Assembly: GCA_021769885.1 (NCBI GenBank)
Contig: JAETSA010000001.1
Coordinates: forward strand, 39,963-103,962
Length of the DNA: 64,000 bases
Direction: 5' to 3'
From: Bacillota bacterium
GTDB lineage: Bacteria; Bacillota; Clostridia; Oscillospirales; Acutalibacteraceae
A model generated the notes under the pieces. That model ran no database searches. It was not told the origin of the DNA and was given only the letters and a program-made list of their open reading frames with translations. Positions 1-9,623 of the stretch are shown piece after piece; position 1 is the stretch's first letter; every line of letters begins with the position of its first letter. A program made the position numbers and the translations under genes.

Positions 1-1504
1 CCTTGAAGGCTTTCAAATCTGTATGCAGCTTTTGCATAAATTGATCGTAGATTTTCCAGTCATCTGCGCTTTGCGGATATTCCCAGTCAATATCTACACC
101 GTCAAAATCATATTTTTCAGCAAAGGCAACAATTTGATCCGCGATAGATGACCAGTACTTTGCCATATACGCGTTGACGCCGTTGTGCTCATCACCCCAA
201 GTGCCGTCTGCCAGTGCGGTGACAATCAATTTAACCTTGTGCGATTGATTGGAGCGATACGAAATGATTTCTTTTAAAGCGTTGATTTCCTGCGCAAATT
301 TTTCTTCACCCATTTCGCCAAAGTGCATTTGTCCCTGTGTATCCCAATGCACGGCGGCAAAGACAATGACAGTGCTGTATACATCGTAATACCGCGCATA
401 ATTACGGACGTATTCTGTACCCTTTGCAAGAATTTCGGAAGGTACATCGCCATCCAATCGCTGGTATACCGTGACTTCAAAATCTTTCGCATCGCGTTTC
501 GGCTCATTATAAAGCTTCAGGGATTTGATATTTACAGGTGTTTCATTATCTCGGAATTTGTCTATGGAAAGTCTGACGCGGTCTGTTTTGACGGTATCAA
601 AACTGCAAAGTCGCATAGATTGGATTTTTTCACTTTGATATACAGTCATCCATTCGCCGTCCACAAGCGCCTGCAAACGGAAATACTGCGCTTGATTGCC
701 GACTTCTTCAATGACTGCGGTGTTGATTTCGGATTCTTTGGCGAGCTGTAATTCTACATAGCTATTGTTTGCATCTGCATAGCCTTCGGCAGGTGTGCGG
801 TTCGGCGCTTGCGCTGTCCAGCATTTGTTGCTGTCCGTCAATAAATTGGCGGCATCCGCTTTTTCACCTTCTTTTAAGCTTTCAAATGTAATTTTTGCGC
901 CCTCTGCAACATTTTCAGACTGTAAAGTAATTTCGGGCAGATTCTCATTGCCGCTTGCCGTATTCGCTACTGTGCCGAAATATGTCATAGACAGAACCAA
1001 ACAGCATACAATCAAAACGGAAAGAAGTGCCTGAAATGCTTTTTTCATATCTTCGCAGAATACGAATACAAGTCCGAGCCCGAGCGCGAGTCCGATATAA
1101 AGGAGATATTCCGAAAGTGCCTGCAGTCCACGCGAAAATCCCACAGCGGAAATCCCGCTGTCCAGACCGAATACCAAAACAGCCGTATAGACAAATGCAA
1201 TCACGCCCAGCACAGCGCATACGGCGTAAATGATACGGATGACGCGAATGCCTTTCATATTCGGTTTTCTTGTGCCTGCAAATGCCGATATAACTAAATA
1301 TAAAAAAATAACGGCGATGCATACACCGATGATGCCTGACAGCGTCGGCACAAAATGACTGCCTAACGGATATAACGCCGCAATCCAGCCATACGTCCAT
1401 TCAGCACTTTTTAAAAAGAACAGTGCACAAACCGAAAGGACAAAAAATACATAGGCACTGCCGCGTGTTTGCAACGTGTGCCCGACCTTTTTTAAAGTTT
1501 TCAT
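1..1504 (-). CDS. Membrane-anchored glycoside hydrolase family 18 protein (chitinase / endo-beta-N-acetylglucosaminidase-like); C-terminus runs off the window
   Basis: Absent from the ORF track because it has no stop codon in the window. The minus-strand ATG is at 1504..1502, preceded by AAGGAG (1516..1511). My hand translation stays open to position 1. The N-terminus has about 5 hydrophobic helices, followed by a discoidin/F5-8-type-C-like segment. DFDGVDIDWEYP (74..109) matches the GH18 DxxDxDxE catalytic motif. Confidence 0.8.
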   Translation of the reverse strand, partial: MKTLKKVGHTLQTRGSAYVFFVLSVCALFFLKSAEWTYGWIAALYPLGSHFVPTLSGIIGVCIAVIFLYLVISAFAGTRKPNMKGIRVIRIIYAVCAVLGVIAFVYTAVLVFGLDSGISAVGFSRGLQALSEYLLYIGLALGLGLVFVFCEDMKKAFQALLSVLIVCCLVLSMTYFGTVANTASGNENLPEITLQSENVAEGAKITFESLKEGEKADAANLLTDSNKCWTAQAPNRTPAEGYADANNSYVELQLAKESEINTAVIEEVGNQAQYFRLQALVDGEWMTVYQSEKIQSMRLCSFDTVKTDRVRLSIDKFRDNETPVNIKSLKLYNEPKRDAKDFEVTVYQRLDGDVPSEILAKGTEYVRNYARYYDVYSTVIVFAAVHWDTQGQMHFGEMGEEKFAQEINALKEIISYRSNQSHKVKLIVTALADGTWGDEHNGVNAYMAKYWSSIADQIVAFAEKYDFDGVDIDWEYPQSADDWKIYDQFMQKLHTDLKAFK

Positions 1505-1691
1505 ATTTCGCTCCTTACCGTCGCCGATTGGGAAAGCCCGTGGGCGAGCAGTTTATTTCACGGACAGTATAGCATATTTTTCCTGCTTTGCAAAGGGACA
1601 GAGCAGCGAGTTTGTTCAGCAATGTAAAGATGCATACAATTTGCACCGCCCTTAAGCAGATAAACATTTTTTGATTTTTTTTAATTAGTCA

Positions 1692-1720
1692 TTGACAATT
1701 CAGCGGTTCTTTGATAAAAT
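1692..1720 (+). promoter_or_regulatory. Sigma-A type promoter for tRNA-Gly
   Basis: TTGACA (1692..1697), a 17 nt spacer, then TAAAAT (1715..1720), about 15 nt upstream of the tRNA 5' end. Confidence 0.6.
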
Positions 1721-1735
1721 TTATTCCGTTGTTAC

Positions 1736-1810
1736 GCGGGTGTAGTTCAATGGCTAGAATTCCAGCCTTCCAAGCTGGCTGTGTGGGTTCGATTCCCATC
1801 ACCCGCTCCA
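1736..1810 (+). tRNA. tRNA-Gly (anticodon UCC), CCA encoded
   Basis: The sequence folds as a cloverleaf. The acceptor stem is GCGGGTG/CACCCGC. The anticodon arm is CCAGC-CTTCCAA-GCTGG with TCC at 1769..1771. The T-arm is GTGGG-TTCGATT-CCCAT, and the 3' end is TCCA. Confidence 0.93.
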
Positions 1811-1833
1811 AGAATATGCGGTTATTACCGCAG

Positions 1834-1870
1834 AAACCGCAGCCTAAATCGGTTTGCGGTTTTTCTTTTT
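1834..1870 (+). terminator. Rho-independent terminator after tRNA-Gly
   Basis: ACCGCA (1836..1841) pairs with TGCGGT (1855..1860), followed by TTTTCTTTTT. Confidence 0.55.
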
Positions 1871-1908
1871 ATGATATTTGAATTTATAAAATACTGAGGG
1901 TGACCATT

Positions 1909-4614
1909 ATGCAAAAAATAAAATCTGTAATGCCCCTGTGGGGACCTTATTCTAAAAAATACAGCGGAATTTCCCGTATTGTTGAGCACGCCGGTGAACA
2001 GGGGGTACGGTTTGACTTAGTCGTCAGTCCGGCTGTATCCAACACCAATACGTGTCCGCCGAATGTGACGATTCCCGTCGGTGTACATCCTTGGACGGCA
2101 AAAAGTGACTACACACACTATGCCTACCGTTGCGATTTAGAGTGGAAAGACGTTATTTACGCAGATGTTTCTTTCACAAAGCTGACAGAAGAAAGCGTGC
2201 TTGTGCGTACGGAAATATTCAATCATTCCGATTTAATGCAGAACTGCCTGGTCAATTTCTTTTCTGCCTTGGAATTTCCGACGCGTTATGAGACAATCGC
2301 GGAGCTGCCCGAAAATTGTGTGTACAAAAAAGCGTTGGATTATGAAAGCTATTCTTATCATACGCCGCGTCCGTGGGATGCACAAACGATGGATGCTATG
2401 AAAAAAGGCGAGTTCTTTGATGATGCATTTACGGAGCATCGCGGCTTGGGCGACCGTGACAACAATCGTTATATTCTGCCGAAATTTCCGAAATTCGGTG
2501 AAGAGGCAGGGGACAGCGTCAAATATGTATTTACGCTCGAAAAAGCATTTAAAACGCCGGTGCTTTGCATTCGCTATCAAACCACGGACGGGAAAGACAG
2601 CGAATTTACTTTAAACGGTGAAAAAATCGTTTTCAAAAAGACGGACGGAGAATTGCAAATCGCTGAATTTCCGTTTTCTGCATCGGAAGCGGGTGCGTGT
2701 TCTTTCGAATTTATCGCACTTGGCACAGGTGGAATTGAATTGGATTTCTTAGCTGTTTGCGAGCAGGCGGATGCGAAGAATATTCAGTGTCACAAAGCAC
2801 CGCACGATTTTATGCCGCAAATTGAAACGGTGAACTCGGAAGACGGTGCAAAGGCAGTTTACCACTATAACGGTATCGAAAAACCGTTTGTGATTCGAAC
2901 CTTTAACGAAGATACGCGGTTTCGTGCGTTTCCAAGCGGCTCGTTGGAGGACAGTCCCACCTCTCGTATTACTCAGCCGGACGAGAGTTTCGGCGATATG
3001 ATGGAGCAGTTTTCAGGCTCGTTTTCAGAGAAGCACAGTGATGACGGCTTCTATCATAATGCGGTGGTGCATACCATTTTTATTGCCCCCGGCGAAAGCA
3101 AAACGGAATATGCAGTCATTTCCTACGGTGACACTGTTTATGAAACACCTGAGGCTTATGAGCGGATATACAAAAAAGCGGTGATGGGACTCGAGCCGCT
3201 CGAATATACTGCGGCGGGCAAAAAATATGCCTTTTCCAATCAACTGTTGCGCGCGGCAATGTTCCAAAACGTGGTGTATCCGTTATATTGCCATGGTGAC
3301 TATGTGATGCATCACACACCGGGCAAACGCTGGGACTCTTTTTATACGTGGGATTCCGGATTTATCGGTTTGGATATGGCAATGTTTGCACCGAAAATCG
3401 CAGACAGCATTTTGGATATGTACTTCAGCACGGCTGACAATCCGGATTATGCATTTTTACTGCACGGTTCACCTGTGCCTGTGCATTTGTATCAGTATTT
3501 TGAAATGCTGAATCATACAAACGACAAAGCTGCGCTGTATGCATACTACAGCCGCGCGAAGCTGTTTTATGACTTTCTCGCGGGAAAAATCAACGGGTCA
3601 ACAACCGCGAAATTCAAGAGCGGTATGACAACCACTTTTGACTATTTCTATAATTGCAGCGGGATGGATGATTTGCCGCCGCAAAAAGCAATGTATCAAA
3701 AGAATATGCAAAAATTCTGTGCGCCTGTAATCTCTTCATCGCAGGTGATTCGTACCGCAAAGCTTTTGAAAATCATCGCAGAACAGCTGGGCAAAACGCA
3801 GGATGTTGCGGCATATGCATCGGATATACAGCGCTTAACGAATGCCTTGCAAACCTATTCCTGGGATGAGGCAAGCGGATATTTCTCCTATGTCGTTCAC
3901 GATGCAGACGGCGTACCCGTCGGACATTTCCTTTCGGACGACGGAGAAAATTTCAACAAGACGATGGACGGTATTTATCCGATTATCGCAGGTGCAGTAA
4001 CGGAATCGCAAAAGGAACGCATTCTTGCGCATTTGAAAAACCCGCAGGAGATGTTTACGCCTGTCGGTATCAGCGCGGTGGACAGAACCGCAGGCTATTA
4101 TGTGACCAATGGGTATTGGAACGGCAATGTGTGGCTGTCGCATCAGTGGTTTGTTTGGAAAACAATGTTGGATCTCGGTGAAACGGACTTTGCTTGGCAG
4201 ATTGCCGAAACCGCCTTAAAAGCTTGGAAAAGAGAGGTAGAGTACTCTTACTATACCTTTGAAATGTTCAGCATTGAAACGGGGCGCGGCGGCTGGTTTC
4301 ATAATTTCGGCGGACTGTCTGCGCCTGTCAATCTGTGGGCGGCGGCATACTTTACACCGGGTACATATCAAAGCGGATTTGATACATTCTGTAAATCTGC
4401 GCAGTTTAACGCGGAGCATACCGAGTTTTCAGGCATATTTCACAACTACGGCGATGCAAACGGTGCTTTACTGGTGGTTATGAACGATCAGAAGCACTAT
4501 CGTGTGCTGTTAAACGGCGCACCTACAGACTTTTATACCCGATTTGACGGTATGCTTGAAATAACCCTGCCGGTGTGCACGGAGGATTTGCACATTTCCG
4601 TTCAGCTTGTGTAA
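1909..4614 (+). CDS. Six-hairpin (alpha/alpha)6 glycoside hydrolase, GH63 / MGH1-like
   Basis: ORF 1900..4614. I prefer the ATG at 1909 behind GAGGG. Motifs CSGMDDLPP (compare ESGMDNSP) and GYWNGNVWLSHQWF (compare GYWRGPVW) are typical of GH63 / mannosylglycerate-hydrolase-like enzymes. No signal peptide is visible. Confidence 0.6.
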   Translation: MQKIKSVMPLWGPYSKKYSGISRIVEHAGEQGVRFDLVVSPAVSNTNTCPPNVTIPVGVHPWTAKSDYTHYAYRCDLEWKDVIYADVSFTKLTEESVLVRTEIFNHSDLMQNCLVNFFSALEFPTRYETIAELPENCVYKKALDYESYSYHTPRPWDAQTMDAMKKGEFFDDAFTEHRGLGDRDNNRYILPKFPKFGEEAGDSVKYVFTLEKAFKTPVLCIRYQTTDGKDSEFTLNGEKIVFKKTDGELQIAEFPFSASEAGACSFEFIALGTGGIELDFLAVCEQADAKNIQCHKAPHDFMPQIETVNSEDGAKAVYHYNGIEKPFVIRTFNEDTRFRAFPSGSLEDSPTSRITQPDESFGDMMEQFSGSFSEKHSDDGFYHNAVVHTIFIAPGESKTEYAVISYGDTVYETPEAYERIYKKAVMGLEPLEYTAAGKKYAFSNQLLRAAMFQNVVYPLYCHGDYVMHHTPGKRWDSFYTWDSGFIGLDMAMFAPKIADSILDMYFSTADNPDYAFLLHGSPVPVHLYQYFEMLNHTNDKAALYAYYSRAKLFYDFLAGKINGSTTAKFKSGMTTTFDYFYNCSGMDDLPPQKAMYQKNMQKFCAPVISSSQVIRTAKLLKIIAEQLGKTQDVAAYASDIQRLTNALQTYSWDEASGYFSYVVHDADGVPVGHFLSDDGENFNKTMDGIYPIIAGAVTESQKERILAHLKNPQEMFTPVGISAVDRTAGYYVTNGYWNGNVWLSHQWFVWKTMLDLGETDFAWQIAETALKAWKREVEYSYYTFEMFSIETGRGGWFHNFGGLSAPVNLWAAAYFTPGTYQSGFDTFCKSAQFNAEHTEFSGIFHNYGDANGALLVVMNDQKHYRVLLNGAPTDFYTRFDGMLEITLPVCTEDLHISVQLV

Positions 4615-4931
4615 TCTTCAATGATTTTTTGTATTTCGGCATCGGTTTCGGCGCATATGCCTGCAGCGATTAAGCTTCTCTCCTCGGCAGGCAGAGAATC
4701 CAAGTACACATCAAAAATTTCAACGGGCATTGCGTAACCGCGTTCATATAGTGCCAGCCTGCCTTGATACTGTGAAAACGTATACTGTGCCTCTGGTTTT
4801 TGTACGGCGGTGGTGGGTTGCACGGCGTTTTCACCTGCATTGAGTGACAAATAGCCGGCCAAAGCGATGACCAACAGCCCGCAAATAGAAATCACGATGC
4901 ATTTTTGTAATGTTTTTTGCATTTTACGCAC
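4602..4931 (-). CDS. Small N-terminally membrane-anchored protein, possibly BofC C-terminal-like
   Basis: 109 aa ORF with one N-terminal hydrophobic helix (CIVISICGLLVIALAGYL). The C-terminal pattern YQGRLALYERG..P..I.D......LP..E...L..GI......E....IEDY resembles small clostridial BofC_C-like proteins from memory. Its 3' end overlaps the convergent glycosidase gene by 13 nt. Confidence 0.5.
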   Translation of the reverse strand: MRKMQKTLQKCIVISICGLLVIALAGYLSLNAGENAVQPTTAVQKPEAQYTFSQYQGRLALYERGYAMPVEIFDVYLDSLPAEERSLIAAGICAETDAEIQKIIEDYTS

Positions 4932-5079
4932 TTCCTTTAGTTATATTTTTGGCAAAGTTTTGCTTTTTTATTAAAATTGCGTGAAATTTGGAAATTTTTA
5001 ATGAAATACAAGCAAAAATATGTTACAATACCATTGTCTGCCAAAAGATGTGCAGTATTTATACTGACGGAGGATTTTT

Positions 5080-7380
5080 ATGGCTACCAATCGAAGCAAA
5101 CAAAATACGCAAAAGCATAAAAAGCCGATGACAAAAAAACGTCGTATTACGATAACGGCGTTGCTTGCACTTGCACTTACGGCAATACTGACCATATCTA
5201 CGGTCGGTATATATGTGCTGTCGTTTATGGTTTCTTACGTAAACGGCGAGCCCCAAGTGAATTTGGAGGAATATAAAGAAAATCAGGACCAAACTACATT
5301 CATTTATGCTTACGACGCAAATAACGAAGTTACGGAGATTGCCCGTCTGCACGGCGAACAAAACCGAATTTGGGTGACCTACCGAGAAAATCCCGATGAG
5401 AGTGTGATTCCGCAGGATCTTGCCAATGCATATATCGCATTGGAGGACAAGCGCTTTTACGACCACAAGGGTGTGGACTGGTTTAGAACCTTATCTGCCG
5501 TTGTAAAAGATAGGGGCAAAACAGGCGGATCTACCTTAACACAACAGTTGATTAAAAACTTGACAGGTGAAAACAAGCGCACTTTAAACCGTAAATTCTA
5601 CGAGATTTTAATGGCGTTGAACCTTGAGAAAAATGTATCCAAGGAAACCGTTTTAGAAGCTTATATGAATACCGTTTATATGAGCCATGGCTGTTACGGC
5701 GTGCAGACGGCGTCCGAAAAGTATTTCGGCAAAAATGTGCAGGATTTGAATTTGGCGGAATGTGCGTCCTTGGCGGCGATTACACAAGCACCGTCCGCGA
5801 ACGACCCGCTTCTGCATCCCGATAAAAACCGTAAACGTCAGATGACCTGCTTAGAGAATATGAAAGAGCAAGGAAAAATTACGCAGGAACAGTACGATGA
5901 AGCTGTGGCGTACGAAATGGTTTTCACGAACAGCGAAAATTATGTGCAGTCTGAGGAGCTTGCTTCTAAACAGGCAAAAAGCGAAAATGCCGTATGGAGC
6001 TATTATGTGGATTATGTGATTCAAAGCGTGCGTGACGATTTGATGAATCAATACGGCTACTCGAAATCTCAAGCGTCTTCTATGATTTATTCGGGCGGAC
6101 TTCGTATTTACTGTGCAGTCGATTTGCGTGTGCAGGAAGCGATGGAATCCGTGTATGTCAACCGTACCTCTTTCCCGAAATACAACAAAAATATTGATGA
6201 CGCGCAGTCTGCAATGACGATTATGGATTACAGCGGACGCATTGTCGGGATGGTTGGCGGCGCAGGGGAAAAGACGCAAAACCGTGGGTTGAACCGTGCG
6301 GCGAACTCACCTCGACAGCCGGGTTCGTCCATTAAGCCGATTTCAATTTATGCGCCTGCCGTAAATGAGAAATACGTTACTTGGAGCAGTATGATTACCA
6401 ACTACGGTATTCCGCATTATTACAGTGACGGCGGTTACGGCCCCGTAAACTACGGCAATGATCCCGGTTCTCCCGATTCCAAGGTCAATGTGCAAAAGGC
6501 AATTTGTAAATCCTACAATACCGTGCCCGCACAGATTTTGAAGAAAATGGGCTTCGAAACAAGTTTTTCATACACAACGCAAAAATTCCATTTGGGTTAT
6601 ATTGTTGATCCGACTGATAAGAATACTTCTTCCTTGGCTGTCGGCGGTACTTATAAGGGTGCAACGACGTTGGAAATGGCATCGGCGTATGCTGCATTTG
6701 GCAACGGCGGTAAGTATTTTGAACCCTACTGCTATTATAAGGTTACCAACAGCAACGGTTCTAAGGTACTGTTACAGCACGAAGAATCAGCAGGTGAGCA
6801 AATCATATCTCCCGAAACCGCTGATATTATGAACGAACTCTTACAAACCGTTGTTACGGATGCGGCAGGACAGGCGACCGCGCGGAATTACGGTCTGAAA
6901 AACTCTGTGTTATTCGCCAAAACAGGTACAACCACAGAAGATAAAGACCGTTGGTTCGTCGGCGGTACACCGTATTATGTTGCGGCGGTTTGGTTCGGTT
7001 GCGATGAACCGAAGCAGATATCCAATTATGTTACCGGCAACCCTTCAGGCGCGATTTTTGATGCGGTTATGAATGCTGTGCACAAAGGCTTGGAATCCAA
7101 ATCGTTTACGAAGTTTTCACCGATTGTCGAGCAGCATGCTTATTGCACTGCGACAGGGCTGTTGGCAAGCGACAGCTGTCCAAGCAAAGCTATGGGGTGG
7201 TACTCTAAAGAAAATTTGCCGGGACGCTGCACTTCCTGCACAGGGGCTGTGCCGGAAGCTCCCGAAGAGCCTGTGGCAACCGAGCCGCAGTCCAGTGCAT
7301 CGCCCGAGCCGACCACTGAGGCTGCAACGAGCAATGCGGGAGAGCCTGCAACAAACGGCGCAACAGATGCAACGCCTTAA
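5080..7380 (+). CDS. Class A penicillin-binding protein (bifunctional glycosyltransferase/transpeptidase, PBP1A-like)
   Basis: N-terminal TM anchor. GT51 motifs EDKRFYDHKGVD and GGSTLTQQL are present. Transpeptidase motifs SSIKP (SxxK) and KTGTT are present. The C-terminal tail is rich in P/E/T/A. Confidence 0.92.
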   Translation: MATNRSKQNTQKHKKPMTKKRRITITALLALALTAILTISTVGIYVLSFMVSYVNGEPQVNLEEYKENQDQTTFIYAYDANNEVTEIARLHGEQNRIWVTYRENPDESVIPQDLANAYIALEDKRFYDHKGVDWFRTLSAVVKDRGKTGGSTLTQQLIKNLTGENKRTLNRKFYEILMALNLEKNVSKETVLEAYMNTVYMSHGCYGVQTASEKYFGKNVQDLNLAECASLAAITQAPSANDPLLHPDKNRKRQMTCLENMKEQGKITQEQYDEAVAYEMVFTNSENYVQSEELASKQAKSENAVWSYYVDYVIQSVRDDLMNQYGYSKSQASSMIYSGGLRIYCAVDLRVQEAMESVYVNRTSFPKYNKNIDDAQSAMTIMDYSGRIVGMVGGAGEKTQNRGLNRAANSPRQPGSSIKPISIYAPAVNEKYVTWSSMITNYGIPHYYSDGGYGPVNYGNDPGSPDSKVNVQKAICKSYNTVPAQILKKMGFETSFSYTTQKFHLGYIVDPTDKNTSSLAVGGTYKGATTLEMASAYAAFGNGGKYFEPYCYYKVTNSNGSKVLLQHEESAGEQIISPETADIMNELLQTVVTDAAGQATARNYGLKNSVLFAKTGTTTEDKDRWFVGGTPYYVAAVWFGCDEPKQISNYVTGNPSGAIFDAVMNAVHKGLESKSFTKFSPIVEQHAYCTATGLLASDSCPSKAMGWYSKENLPGRCTSCTGAVPEAPEEPVATEPQSSASPEPTTEAATSNAGEPATNGATDATP

Positions 7381-7389
7381 GGAGATGCT

Positions 7390-8685
7390 ATGGCCGATAT
7401 ACTGTTTACCAATGCACGGGTGATTGACCCGTCACAAAATGTCGATTGTGTGTGCGATATGCTTTGCAAGAACGGAAAAATCGCACAGATGGACAAAAAT
7501 ATTATTTGCGAGGGTGCACAACAAATTGATGCTTCGGGGCTGATTTTAGCCCCGGGGCTCATTGACATTCATACCCATTTGCGTGACCCCGGCTTCACAC
7601 AGAAAGAAGATATCCTGACAGGCTGTGCGGCAGCGGCGGCAGGCGGCGTAACGACCCTATGTGCGATGCCCAATACAAATCCGACTTGTGATACGCCCGA
7701 AACCATCCAATATATTTTAGAAAAAGCAAAAGGCGCAAAAGCGCGTGTATTGCCTGTGGCTGCAATCACAAAAGGCTTGCAGGGGGAAGTCCTCTCTGAT
7801 ATGGAAGCCCTGGCGGCGGCGGGCGCGTGTGCATTTTCGGATGACGGTGTTCCGGTCGCGACAGCGGATTTGATGCGCCGAGCTATGGAAAAGGCGGCAG
7901 AATTGCATTTGCCGATTTTAGCACATACGGAGGATAAATCTCTTTCGGTCAAAGGGATTATGAATCAGTGCGCACTTGCCGACAAGCTTTCGGCGGCAGG
8001 CATCCCGAACAGCGCGGAGGATGTCGGAACGGCGCGTGAAATCGCACTGTTGATGAGTGCGCCGAAGGATACGCATTTACACATTTGTCACGTGAGCACG
8101 GCAGGGAGTGCCGCATTGATTGCCGATGCCAAAAAGCGCGGCTTAGCTATCACGGCGGAAACTTGTCCGCACTATTTTATGTTTACAGATGAAAAACTGG
8201 CGGCGCAGGATGCAGATTACCGTATGAATCCGCCATTGCGTTCCGAATGTGACCGAAAGGCAATCTTTGAGGCGGTATTGAACGGCACGTTGGATGCAAT
8301 TGCAACTGACCACGCACCGCACACCGCCGCAGAAAAGAGTGATTTTTACAGAGCACCGAACGGTGTAATCGGTATGGAAACTTCCTTTGCCGCAAGCTAT
8401 ACCGCCCTTGTCAAGAGCGGTGCAATGACCGTTTCGGAGCTTTTGCGCAGAATGTCCTGTGCGCCCGCGCAGATTTTGGGCATCGACGCAGGTACACTTC
8501 GCATCGGTGCACGTGCCGATTTGATTTTGATTGATGAAAATGCGTCGTGGACAGTTGATGTGCACGCATTGCATGGCAAATCCAAAAATTGCGTGTTTAA
8601 AAACTGCACATTGCAATCTAAGGTGAAAATGACCGTTTTAAACGGTGAAATTGTATATGATGAACTTACAAAGGGGAATGAATAA
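7390..8685 (+). CDS. pyrC: Dihydroorotase
   Basis: Metal-binding motifs DIHTHLRDPG and ATDHAPH. 431 aa. Starts 9 nt after the PBP stop codon, behind GGAG. Confidence 0.9.
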   Translation: MADILFTNARVIDPSQNVDCVCDMLCKNGKIAQMDKNIICEGAQQIDASGLILAPGLIDIHTHLRDPGFTQKEDILTGCAAAAAGGVTTLCAMPNTNPTCDTPETIQYILEKAKGAKARVLPVAAITKGLQGEVLSDMEALAAAGACAFSDDGVPVATADLMRRAMEKAAELHLPILAHTEDKSLSVKGIMNQCALADKLSAAGIPNSAEDVGTAREIALLMSAPKDTHLHICHVSTAGSAALIADAKKRGLAITAETCPHYFMFTDEKLAAQDADYRMNPPLRSECDRKAIFEAVLNGTLDAIATDHAPHTAAEKSDFYRAPNGVIGMETSFAASYTALVKSGAMTVSELLRRMSCAPAQILGIDAGTLRIGARADLILIDENASWTVDVHALHGKSKNCVFKNCTLQSKVKMTVLNGEIVYDELTKGNE

Positions 8686-8686
8686 A

Positions 8687-9604
8687 ATGGGCTTTGACAG
8701 ACTTTGCGAGGCAATTCTCGAAAAAAAGAATCCGACAGTAGCGGGTTTAGACCCGAAGCTTGCTTTCGTGCCGAATTTTATTAAAGAGGAATCCTTTAAA
8801 AAATTTGGAAACACTTTAGAGGGCGCTGCTGATGCACTTTTGACCTTTAACAAGGGCTTAATCGATGCGCTTTGTGATATTGTACCTGCTGTAAAACCGC
8901 AGTGCGCGTATTATGAAATGTACGGCTGGCAAGGCGTAAAAGCATTGCACGATACAATTGCATACGCAAAGGAAAAGGGACTTTTTGTGATTACCGACGG
9001 AAAACGCAACGACATCGGCACAACAATGGAAGCCTATGCGGCGGCACATCTCGGCGAAGTCGAGGTGGACGATGCAGCATTCGCACCGTTCGGCGGGGAT
9101 GCGCTGACTGTGAACGGCTATCTCGGCAGTGACGGCATCCATCCGCTTTTGCCGATCTGCAAGGAAAAGGACAAAGGCATTTTTGTACTTGTGAAGACTT
9201 CGAATCCTTCTTCGGGGGAATTGCAGGATAAAATGATTGCGGAGGAGACTGTTTACAGAACGATGGGCGATATGTGCGAGCAGTGGGGCGAGGACACGCG
9301 CGGTGCGTACGGCTATTCCGCTGTCGGCGCAGTTGTCGGCGCAACCTATCCCGCACAGCTCGGTGAGCTTCGCAAAGCTTTGCCGCACACGCTGTTCTTG
9401 GTTCCCGGTTACGGCGCACAGGGCGGCGGCGCACAGGATGTCGTACCCGCTTTTGATGCACGTGGATTGGGCGCAATTGTCAATTCTTCCCGTGCGATTA
9501 TGTGTGCTTATAAAAAAGGAGATTGGCAAGAGGAAGATTATGCAAAAGCGGCACGTGCGGAAGCAATTCGTATGCGCGATGAAATTGCGGCGGCTTTAAA
9601 ATAA
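8687..9604 (+). CDS. pyrF: Orotidine 5'-phosphate decarboxylase (long, type 2 form)
   Basis: ORF 8645..9604. I prefer the ATG at 8687 (MGFDRL...), directly after the pyrC stop and behind AAGGGGA. Motifs GLDPK, KPQCAYYE and DGKRNDIGTT are present. Confidence 0.85.
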   Translation: MGFDRLCEAILEKKNPTVAGLDPKLAFVPNFIKEESFKKFGNTLEGAADALLTFNKGLIDALCDIVPAVKPQCAYYEMYGWQGVKALHDTIAYAKEKGLFVITDGKRNDIGTTMEAYAAAHLGEVEVDDAAFAPFGGDALTVNGYLGSDGIHPLLPICKEKDKGIFVLVKTSNPSSGELQDKMIAEETVYRTMGDMCEQWGEDTRGAYGYSAVGAVVGATYPAQLGELRKALPHTLFLVPGYGAQGGGAQDVVPAFDARGLGAIVNSSRAIMCAYKKGDWQEEDYAKAARAEAIRMRDEIAAALK

Positions 9605-9623
9605 GAAAAAGGAGCAAATCCTT

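Noticed and set aside
945-1400. The 151 aa minus-strand ORF and the small plus-strand ORFs (323..751, 795..1034, 1027..1233) at the left end.
   Set aside because: They sit in alternative frames of the unlisted edge-truncated GH18 gene (1..1504, -). That gene has an RBS, TM helices and the DGVDIDWE motif. These ORFs have no features of their own.
7381-7389. A search for a PyrR-binding attenuator or leader upstream of pyrC.
   Set aside because: Only 9 nt separate the PBP stop from the pyrC start, which leaves no room for an attenuator. No anti-terminator/terminator pair is visible in the PBP 3' end.
8858-9529. Long antisense ORFs inside well-supported genes. Examples are 8858..9529 (-), 15089..15721 (-), 22189..22836 (-), 31416..32123 (+), 44943..45659 (+), 48738..49511 (+), 53027..53611 (-) and 59569..60090 (+).
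   Set aside because: Each lies wholly opposite a gene with strong family motifs. Their products are Arg/Cys/His-rich or low-complexity with no recognisable domains or RBS. This is typical of shadow ORFs in moderately GC-rich coding DNA.
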